Source: Candidatus Diapherotrites archaeon ADurb.Bin253
Lineage (GTDB): Archaea; Nanobdellota; Nanobdellia; Pacearchaeales; GW2011-AR1
Direction: 5' to 3'
NCBI GenBank assembly: GCA_002069705.1
Contig: MWBV01000004.1
Coordinates: 1 to 48,358 of the forward strand
DNA length: 48,358 bases
The notes under the pieces are model-generated. The model was not told the DNA's origin. It saw only the letters and a program-made list of their open reading frames with translations, and did no database searches. Below are positions 17,419 through 24,825 of the stretch, one piece after another (position 1 is the stretch's first letter; each line of letters starts with the position of its first letter). The position numbers were made by a program, and so were the translations under genes.

Positions 17419-18702
17419 ATGGCAAAAGAAAAACCAACAATGAATGTAGTGTTTGTAGGGCATGTTGATGCTGGTAAGTCTACTTGTGTAGGTAGATTAA
17501 TGTTTGATGGTGGTGCAGTATCAGAACAAGAAATGGTGAGATTAAAAACTGAAGCTCAAAAACACGGAAAAGCTGGATTTGAATTTGCTTATATAATGGA
17601 TAGTATTAAAGAAGAAAGAGAAAGAGGAGTTACAATTGATTTATCTTACAAAAAATTAATGACTCAAAAATATGAAATCACAATTATTGATGCGCCTGGA
17701 CACAGAGATTTTGTTAAAAACATGATTACTGGTGCTTCACAAGCAGATGCTGCATTTTTAGTTATTGCTGCTCCTGCTGGAGTTCAACCACAAACAACAG
17801 AACATTTATGGCTTTTAAGAACAATGGGTGTAAAGAATCTTGCTATTGCTATAAATAAAATGGATGCTGTTGAATATAAAGAAGATAGATTCAAGACAGT
17901 TAAAGAAGATGTTTCTAAATTATTAAAACAAGTTGGAATAAATCCAGATAACACACCTTTTTTGGCTGTTAGTGGATTACAAGGAGATAATATTTTCAAA
18001 AAAACTGATAAGATGCCTTGGTATAAAGGACCAAGTGTTGTGGAACAAATAGATTTATTCCCTGCTCCAGAATTACCAACAAACTTACCAATGAGAATGC
18101 CAGTTCAAGATGTATATGAAATTACAGGAATTGGAACTGTTCCAGTTGGAAAAGTTGAAACTGGTATAATGAAAATTGGACAGAAAGTTATAGTTCTTCC
18201 AGGAAGATCTGGAACCGGAATTCCAGGTGAAGTAAAGACTATTGAAGCTCATCATGAAACTTTGCCTGATGCTCCTGCTGGTATGAATGTAGGTGTTAAT
18301 ATTAGAGGAGTAGGAAAGAAAGATATTGCAAGAGGAGATGTTATTTGTGAAGCAAGTGCTCCAATACCAATAGTTGAAGAATTCATTGCTCAGATTGCTG
18401 TAATAAATCATCCAACTGTGTTGGCTAAAGGATATGCTCCTGTATTCCACGTACACACAGCTCAAGTACCTTGCCAATTTACAGAATTAATAGAACAAAT
18501 TGATCCTAAGACTGGACAAGTTATAAAACAGAATCCTGATTTCTTGAAGAACGGAGATGTTGCTAAAGTAAGAATAAGACCACAAGGAAATTTATGTTTA
18601 GAAACTGCTAAAGAAAATCCATTTATGGGAAGATTTGCAGTTAGAGATGCTGGAGCTACAGTAGCTGCTGGTATGTGTTTGGAAATTGTAAAAAAGAAAT
18701 AA
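17419..18702 (+). CDS. tuf: Translation elongation factor 1-alpha (aEF-1A)
   Basis: [41 protein letters not shown] and GRFAVRD. Confidence 0.98.
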   Translation: MAKEKPTMNVVFVGHVDAGKSTCVGRLMFDGGAVSEQEMVRLKTEAQKHGKAGFEFAYIMDSIKEERERGVTIDLSYKKLMTQKYEITIIDAPGHRDFVKNMITGASQADAAFLVIAAPAGVQPQTTEHLWLLRTMGVKNLAIAINKMDAVEYKEDRFKTVKEDVSKLLKQVGINPDNTPFLAVSGLQGDNIFKKTDKMPWYKGPSVVEQIDLFPAPELPTNLPMRMPVQDVYEITGIGTVPVGKVETGIMKIGQKVIVLPGRSGTGIPGEVKTIEAHHETLPDAPAGMNVGVNIRGVGKKDIARGDVICEASAPIPIVEEFIAQIAVINHPTVLAKGYAPVFHVHTAQVPCQFTELIEQIDPKTGQVIKQNPDFLKNGDVAKVRIRPQGNLCLETAKENPFMGRFAVRDAGATVAAGMCLEIVKKK

Positions 18703-18891
18703 ATAGGTGATTTTTCTATAAAATAAACTTAAAAAATTCAATAAAATTTAATCAAATAAATTCTAAAAAATTTAAAATGATATTCTTTCAAATTTTATTC
18801 CAGCAGTTTTACAATCTTTTGAGAAGTTTATGAAGTATTGAATCAATTGAAAAGGATAAGATTTATAAAACAAGAATAAAGATAATTTATC

Positions 18892-19098
18892 ATGAAACAG
18901 AAAGACGATTATTTACTGATGATTGAGGATTATGAATGTTTAAACAATAATTCAAAATTTGAATGCAGATTTTGCAATGGTTTTGGCAAATATTTGAATA
19001 AATATATTGTTGAAAGCACAGCAGAATGTTATAAATCTAGAATAATGGGGGAAGGTGAATTAAAAGGGTTATCTAAAAAGATTTTTGAGATAATTTAA
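18892..19098 (+). CDS. Hypothetical small protein with a CxxC
   Basis: 68-aa ATG-started ORF containing ECRFCNG; abuts the next ORF. Confidence 0.5.
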   Translation: MKQKDDYLLMIEDYECLNNNSKFECRFCNGFGKYLNKYIVESTAECYKSRIMGEGELKGLSKKIFEII

Positions 19099-19099
19099 G

Positions 19100-19399
19100 A
19101 TGACAGAAGAAACTAAAGAATATGAGTGTTCTAAATACCCAGAAAATATGAGGGGACTGAGTCCAGAAGAATTTGCTAAAGAGTTTGTTGGTACAAATTA
19201 TTTTTATCAGAGAGAGTGTTTTAAAGAGATGATTAAGGAGTATAAACGAGAAGAAACAGGAGATAGAAAATTAGGAAGAAAACAATTATATTCTGGTTTA
19301 GAAGAATTATCTGTTGCACTTAAAGGGCCTGTTAGTGGTGCTATGGATAAAGTATGCAAAGCTTGCAGAAAATACCTTAGGAATCCTTTTTCGTCTTAA
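19100..19399 (+). CDS. Hypothetical protein
   Basis: 99-aa ATG-started ORF 1 nt after the previous stop; contains CKAC near the C-terminus. Confidence 0.6.
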   Translation: MTEETKEYECSKYPENMRGLSPEEFAKEFVGTNYFYQRECFKEMIKEYKREETGDRKLGRKQLYSGLEELSVALKGPVSGAMDKVCKACRKYLRNPFSS

Positions 19400-19445
19400 A
19401 TTCAATATTAACAATACTTAAAAACCCTCGAGTATTCTAATATTT

Positions 19446-20000
19446 ATGCTTACTAAAGGGATGTCTAAGAGTGAGATAGAAAAAGAGCTTAAGGGAAAAG
19501 GTGATTTTATTCAGATTGATTATCTTAACAGATTTATTGCTCAAAAACCTCCTTTACATGAGAAGAAATTTGCTTTTATGAAACTTATAGAAATTTATGA
19601 ATCAAAAAGAATGTTCAATGATGTGGCTAAAATTTACAGTAATCTTTCAACTTTAGCACTCTCTGCACAAGAAAGAGGAGATTATCTTATAAAAGAAACA
19701 AAGGCATACATACAAGGAGGACGATTTGATGAAGCAGATGCTGTTATGAGGAGAGCTATGGAAGAAGTTACAATAATAAGAAAAGCAGATATTTATGAAG
19801 ATATAAAACAATTTTATAAACAACAAGCAGAACAGTATGAAAAAGAATCAAGAAGAAACCATGCTGTTAAAGTTTATGAAAAACTTCTTAGTATGAAAAT
19901 AAGTGAACAGGAAAGAGCTGAGATTAAAAGTAAATTATTGACATTGTATGAGCAATTGGGTAAATTTAGAGAGTCGTCTGTTTTGAGCAGAAGAAGATAA
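19446..20000 (+). CDS. Alpha-helical repeat (TPR-like) hypothetical protein
   Basis: Repeated helical patterns such as AKIY, AY...GRFDEAD and AVKVYEKLL; preceded by a TTAAAAA box. Confidence 0.65.
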   Translation: MLTKGMSKSEIEKELKGKGDFIQIDYLNRFIAQKPPLHEKKFAFMKLIEIYESKRMFNDVAKIYSNLSTLALSAQERGDYLIKETKAYIQGGRFDEADAVMRRAMEEVTIIRKADIYEDIKQFYKQQAEQYEKESRRNHAVKVYEKLLSMKISEQERAEIKSKLLTLYEQLGKFRESSVLSRRR

Positions 20001-20059
20001 AATAGGTATATATCTTTGATTATAGTTTAATTTTTAAATTTAAGTTCATTGAATTAATT

Positions 20060-20368
20060 ATGGATAAATACAAAAGAGATTTTAACAAGGGAGTTCATAA
20101 TAAAAGAAAGGCCTTGACTAGGTCTAATCCTTTAGAATATACTATTTATGGTTTATTTTATAAAGATGGTCCCGGTACAAGTGCAGTTGCAACTGTTGCT
20201 GCAGAAAATGGTAATGAAGCAATAAATATGCTGGAAAAAGAATTTTCTAAAGCAAAAATGAATTTCTTAAGATGGTCTATTGATGCAATTGCAGAAGATA
20301 CAGGTTATAAAACTTCTAAGAAAGGTATAATTTATGCTTATGATTCTATTACTAGGCGTATTCTTTGA
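20060..20368 (+). CDS. Hypothetical protein
   Basis: 102-aa ATG-started ORF; no family recognised. Confidence 0.6.
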   Translation: MDKYKRDFNKGVHNKRKALTRSNPLEYTIYGLFYKDGPGTSAVATVAAENGNEAINMLEKEFSKAKMNFLRWSIDAIAEDTGYKTSKKGIIYAYDSITRRIL

Positions 20369-20500
20369 TGAGAAATAAGATAAAATCTAGTTTTTTTGAG
20401 GTAACCGAAGGACTTTTAAACTATCTAAATTACTATATTTTGAAAAGTATCGTATTCAATTATTATCACGATATCACATCACATTCAAATTCGAGAGTCT

Positions 20501-20610
20501 TGCTGACTTAATTTAGGGTCAACAGAGGGATTGAGAGTTAAAAATCCTAGAAATAGGTAGGCAATAAGCCTTGATATGCTGAAAGATAAAGGCGATATTT
20601 TTCTAGAAAT
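20501..20610 (+). ncRNA. Candidate structured RNA (leader of dnaG)
   Basis: Intergenic stretch, GC-richer than its flanks, with several short helices including CCTA-GAAA-TAGG. No known family recognised. Confidence 0.3.
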
Positions 20611-20647
20611 CATTAGATTTCAAATAAATTAAATAAATAGGAAAAAA

Positions 20648-21805
20648 ATGGCAAAAATAAGTCCAGTATCAATAAAATATATGATACATGCGAATTTTAC
20701 GGCTGAAGGTGCTTTAGAAAAACCTGATGTAATTGGTGCTATATTTGGGCAGACAGAGGGTTTATTGGGTGCTGAGTTGGAAATGAGAGAATTGCAAAAA
20801 GAAGGAAAGATAGGAAGAATTGAAGTTGATTTAGAAAGAAGAGACAAGATGACTGTTGGTAAAATAAAAATTCCTACTGCTCTTGACCAATCTGAAACAA
20901 CTTTAATAGCTGCTGCAATTGAGACAATAGAAAGAATAGGTCCAAGTGACTCTCAGATTGAAGTTGAAAGAATTGAAGATGTGAGAGGAAGCAAGAGAGA
21001 ATATATTCTTGAAAGGGCTAAGAAACTTATGTCTGAAATCAAAGGTTCTACAGACTCAAGAGAGATTTCAAATGAAATTAAGGATTCTGCAAAGACTTCA
21101 AGCATACAAGAGTATGGAGATGAAAAATTACCATGTGGAAATATCTCTGGAAAAGAGATAATTGTTGTTGAAGGAAGAGCAGATGTTGTTAATCTTTTAA
21201 GAGCTGGTGTTACAAATGTTATTGCTATGAATGGTACTAAAATGCCTAATGCAATAAGAGAACTTGGAAAAGAAAAAGAGATAACTCTTTTTGTTGATGG
21301 AGATAGAGGTGGAAAACTTATAATTCAAAATGTCTCAGAAAATGCTGATGTAGATTACATTGTAATGGCACCTGATGGAAAAGAAGTTGAAGAACTTGCA
21401 GGAAAAGAAATTCTTATGAATTTAAGAAAGAAAGTTCCATTAAACGAGTATCTTAAAAGAGAAGGTATGCAAAGAAGAGAGAATAATGGAAATGGTTTTC
21501 AAAGATCTTCACGAACAAAAGAATTAAGTGATGAAGAAAAAGAAAAGCTAAAAAAGATTTTGAGAGAAATTGAGGATTCTGGAAGAGCTGTTCTTTTAGA
21601 TGATTCTCTTAATAAGATAAAAGAAATCTCTGTTAGAGGATTTGGTGGAAGTTTAAGAAGAGTGAATGAAAAACCTTATGCAATTGTTCTTGATGGAACT
21701 GTAACAGGTTCTATTATAGATTCAGCTGAAGATGTAGGATGTAAGGTCCTTGTTGCAAGAAATTTTGCTGCAACAAGCAACAATATTAAATTATTAAGTT
21801 TTTAA
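20648..21805 (+). CDS. dnaG: Archaeal DnaG (TOPRIM; bacterial-type primase homologue, exosome-associated in studied archaea)
   Basis: EKPDVIGAIFGQTEGLLG, GRIEV, ET.ERIGP, VVEGRADV and FVDGDRGG. Confidence 0.96.
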   Translation: MAKISPVSIKYMIHANFTAEGALEKPDVIGAIFGQTEGLLGAELEMRELQKEGKIGRIEVDLERRDKMTVGKIKIPTALDQSETTLIAAAIETIERIGPSDSQIEVERIEDVRGSKREYILERAKKLMSEIKGSTDSREISNEIKDSAKTSSIQEYGDEKLPCGNISGKEIIVVEGRADVVNLLRAGVTNVIAMNGTKMPNAIRELGKEKEITLFVDGDRGGKLIIQNVSENADVDYIVMAPDGKEVEELAGKEILMNLRKKVPLNEYLKREGMQRRENNGNGFQRSSRTKELSDEEKEKLKKILREIEDSGRAVLLDDSLNKIKEISVRGFGGSLRRVNEKPYAIVLDGTVTGSIIDSAEDVGCKVLVARNFAATSNNIKLLSF

Positions 21806-21819
21806 TTTTATGATAATTC

Positions 21820-21855
21820 AAGGTAAGGAGAAATCCTTATCTTGTTTTTATTTTT
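21820..21855 (+). terminator. Hairpin plus U-tract terminator after dnaG
   Basis: AAGGTAAGGA-GAAA-TCCTTATCTT forms a 10-bp stem (one G-U) with a GNRA loop and is followed by gtttttattttt. Confidence 0.65.
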
Positions 21856-21863
21856 CACGAGAT

Positions 21864-21968
21864 TTAGTAACAATGGGTAACATTAAGTAACAGGATATTT
21901 TGACTTTTATTTTGAGATATTATAATTGTTCACTGTATGTACTGACACCCAGTTACTTTGGTGTAACT
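21864..21968. promoter_or_regulatory. Candidate operator sites upstream of the surface-protein gene
   Basis: GTAACA at 21867, 21877 and 21887 (exact 10-bp period), and an inverted repeat AGTTAC-N6-GTAACT at 21951-21968, upstream of a TTTATAAA box (21992-21999). Confidence 0.4.
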
Positions 21969-22053
21969 CTTAAATTACTACAATCGTAAACTTTATAAAC
22001 TGCTTCTACCCTTAAAATACTGTAGAAAAAAACTTTCTACGCAATTAAATAAA

Positions 22054-23343
22054 ATGAGAGCAAAAATGAATACAAAGAAAATCTTGGTTTCTCTTTGTAC
22101 AATCGCAATGGTATTGTTCTTGGTTACTATAGCTAGCGCTGAAGTTTGCAGATGCGAACCAACAACTAATGTTGATTGTGAATGTTGCGGAACACTTATA
22201 ACAACTCCAAGTGATGCTCCTCTTGCAGGATGTGTTACAATTGAAGTTGATGGAATGAACATCAACAACAATCCGAGTGTTATAGCTGGTGAAGATGTTA
22301 CTGTTAAAGTAACTTTCACATCTATTGCAACTACAACAGGCGTTAGAATAAAAGCTGAACTTGAAGGTGACAAGGATAGTGTTGAAGCTATGACAGGTTC
22401 TTTTGATGTAGAAGCTGGACATACTTATACAAAATCTTTGAGACTTAAAGTTCCATTTGAACTTAAGGATGTTACATCTGATGACTTAGAACTTTCAGTT
22501 AGAATCTGGAATTCAGATTATGAGTCAGAATATGAAAACATTGCTTTAAGAGTTCAAAGACCTTCATACAACCCAGTTGTTAAATCTATAAGTGTTGCTC
22601 AATCAGTTAATGCTGGTAAAACAATTCCAGTTGATATATTGGTTAAGAACATGGGATACAATGACTTGGAAGATTTGTATGTAACTGTGGGAATTCCAAC
22701 ATTAGGTGTTAAAAAGACAGCTTATTTTGGAGACCTTGTAACAAAAGAAAGTTGCACTAAAGACTGTAAAGAGGAAGATACAGTTAGTGGTAGAATATAC
22801 CTAGAAATTCCATATGGAGTTGAAGCTGGTATCTATAACCTTGAAGTACTTGTTGAAAACGATGATGTTGAATCAACATTCGTTAGACAAATTGCTATAG
22901 AAAACAATTTGCCTAAAAACGTTATTGTAACAAGTAACAAAAAGACAGTTGCAGTTGGTCAAGAAGCTGAATACAGTTTGTTGCTTGTAAACCCAACAGA
23001 TAGTTTACTTGTATACACAATTGTAGCAGAATCTAATGGCGAAGTTTCTTCAAGTGTTGATAGTGCTGTTGTTGCTGTTCCAGCTGGATCAAGCAAAACA
23101 GTTACAGTAACTGCTATGGCTAAATCAGAAGGAGAATACAACTTCGATGTTAATGTTTTCTCTAATAACAAAGTTGTAGAGAAAGTTACTCTTAACTTGA
23201 AAGCTGAAGGAAGAGCTGTAAATCCAATTGTTGTCTTAACAGTTGTTCTAGCAATAATCTTTTTAGTATTGCTAGTTGTGTTGATTGTACTATTAGGTAG
23301 AAAACCACAAAAAACTGAAGAATTCGGAGAAAGTTACTACTAA
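22054..23343 (+). CDS. Membrane-anchored cell-surface protein with repeated beta-sandwich (Ig/CARDB-like) domains
   Basis: Basic-then-hydrophobic signal peptide, V/T/N-rich beta-strand repeats, a C-terminal TM helix and a short tail KPQKTEEFGESYY. A long T-tract follows the stop. Confidence 0.75.
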   Translation: MRAKMNTKKILVSLCTIAMVLFLVTIASAEVCRCEPTTNVDCECCGTLITTPSDAPLAGCVTIEVDGMNINNNPSVIAGEDVTVKVTFTSIATTTGVRIKAELEGDKDSVEAMTGSFDVEAGHTYTKSLRLKVPFELKDVTSDDLELSVRIWNSDYESEYENIALRVQRPSYNPVVKSISVAQSVNAGKTIPVDILVKNMGYNDLEDLYVTVGIPTLGVKKTAYFGDLVTKESCTKDCKEEDTVSGRIYLEIPYGVEAGIYNLEVLVENDDVESTFVRQIAIENNLPKNVIVTSNKKTVAVGQEAEYSLLLVNPTDSLLVYTIVAESNGEVSSSVDSAVVAVPAGSSKTVTVTAMAKSEGEYNFDVNVFSNNKVVEKVTLNLKAEGRAVNPIVVLTVVLAIIFLVLLVVLIVLLGRKPQKTEEFGESYY

Positions 23344-23400
23344 ATTCCTTTTTTCTTTTTTTATTTTTTATTTAGTCTTTCTCCATTTCTTTTTTAAAAT

Positions 23401-24009
23401 TTAATCAATAAATTTGACAAACATAAATCCAGGTATTTCTTTTTCAATAATATATTTTCCTGAGATTTTTCTTATTGCAGTTAGAGTCTGAAGAAATCCT
23501 GAGCCCAGAGGAGCAACTATTATTCCATTATCTGCTAATTGGTCAAGTATTTCATGAGGTATCTCTTTTAGAGCTGCACTTATTAAAATTCTATTAAATG
23601 GGGCTTCTTCAAATTTTTCTTTCCCATTTTTATTATATATTTTAACATTAGAGTATTTTTTTAGTTTTTCAACTGAGAGGTCTGCTAATTCTTTTACAAT
23701 CTCTGCACCATAGGCTTTTCCTTGTTCTCCTATTATCTCTGTTATGAGTGCCAGAGTGTATCCACATCCAGAACCTATTTCCAATACTTTTTGATTTTCT
23801 CTAAGTTTTAAAAGAGAGAGTACTAGTGCTATTGTTGAAGGTTGTGAGATTGTTTGGTCATTTGTAAGAGGCAGAGCAATGTCTTCATAAGCTAATCTCT
23901 GGAATCCCTCACTTACAAAATCCTCTCTTTTAACATTGCAAAATGCTTGAATTATGTTATCTTTAAATCCTTTAGCCCTCAAACTCTTAATTAACCCCTC
24001 ACGATCCAT
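23401..24009 (-). CDS. pcm: Protein-L-isoaspartate O-methyltransferase
   Basis: REDFV, AYED.ALP, QTISQP, VLEIGSGCGY, APFNRILISAA and G.IVAP.G. MDREG at 24009 is the preferred start. Confidence 0.93.
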   Translation of the reverse strand: MDREGLIKSLRAKGFKDNIIQAFCNVKREDFVSEGFQRLAYEDIALPLTNDQTISQPSTIALVLSLLKLRENQKVLEIGSGCGYTLALITEIIGEQGKAYGAEIVKELADLSVEKLKKYSNVKIYNKNGKEKFEEAPFNRILISAALKEIPHEILDQLADNGIIVAPLGSGFLQTLTAIRKISGKYIIEKEIPGFMFVKFID

Positions 24010-24132
24010 TAAATATAGAAGCATAACTTTTATTTAATTGTTTTGAAAAAACATCTTCCCTAATATTAATGAATATATTAACCTTTAAATAATCTTTTTT
24101 CATTGTGAATATAGAAGAGAGGGGAAAGATAA

Positions 24133-24774
24133 ATGGGGGAAGAAATGAAACAACTACGAATCTTAAAACAAGAAACAACTAAATCATGTGGCATTGCTTG
24201 TTTAAGGAGCATTATTAATTATTATGGGGGGAATTATTCTGAAAAAGATATTTGGAAGAAACATCAATCGTTTGGAAAAGGAGAAGAAATTAGAAGCCCT
24301 ATATTAAGTCTAGGTGTTACTTCCCTTAAATTTGGTTTAGATGTTCAATATATGGGGTATAATCCTATAATTGTAAACAATAATAAATATCCAGATAATC
24401 TAAAGAAATCTTTGGAATTAAAATCAAAAAATTATTTTAGTTTTGGAAAATATTACGTTGATCAAGCTTTGCAGTTTTTGAAGCTTGGAGGAAAGGCTAT
24501 TACAGAAAAATTGAATATTCAAAAGTTAAAGAAAATATTAGATAAAGAGAAATTTTTTTTGGTTGAGGTAAGACCTGCTTTTATTAGCAAAAAATCCTCT
24601 GCTGAAATAGACATGAATCACAAAGTTATTGTCATAGGATATGATAAAAAAGGTTTCAAAATACTTAATCCAAGCGATTGTAAAGAGTATGTTTGGGATT
24701 TTGAGAGTTTCTTGATTGCTTTTTATGCTTCAATACCAGAGATATTAGTTATAAAAAAAGGAAGGAAGAGCTGA
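24133..24774 (+). CDS. Peptidase C39-like cysteine protease
   Basis: QETTKSCGIACL (Q..C), NHKVIVIGYD (His) and ILNP. Confidence 0.8.
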   Translation: MGEEMKQLRILKQETTKSCGIACLRSIINYYGGNYSEKDIWKKHQSFGKGEEIRSPILSLGVTSLKFGLDVQYMGYNPIIVNNNKYPDNLKKSLELKSKNYFSFGKYYVDQALQFLKLGGKAITEKLNIQKLKKILDKEKFFLVEVRPAFISKKSSAEIDMNHKVIVIGYDKKGFKILNPSDCKEYVWDFESFLIAFYASIPEILVIKKGRKS

Positions 24775-24825
24775 AATATAAAGAAATTCATAAAATAAAA
24801 TCTTCTATGATATTAAGAATATAAT

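Noticed and set aside
4850-18702. Short ORFs antisense or out of frame within rpoB, rpoA, rps7, EF-2 and EF-1A (e.g. 4901-5089, 7393-7599, 8555-8788, 14490-14768, 18085-18477)
   Set aside because: They lie wholly inside highly conserved genes and show no motifs; they are shadow ORFs.
20400-20640. SRP RNA or RNase P RNA in the dnaG upstream gap
   Set aside because: The SRP helix-8 motif and the RNase P GAGGAAAGUCC/P4 signature are absent, and the structured part is only about 110 nt.
21993-22422. Minus-strand ORFs 21993-22373 and 22045-22422
   Set aside because: They are antisense shadows of the surface-protein gene, caused by its codon bias.
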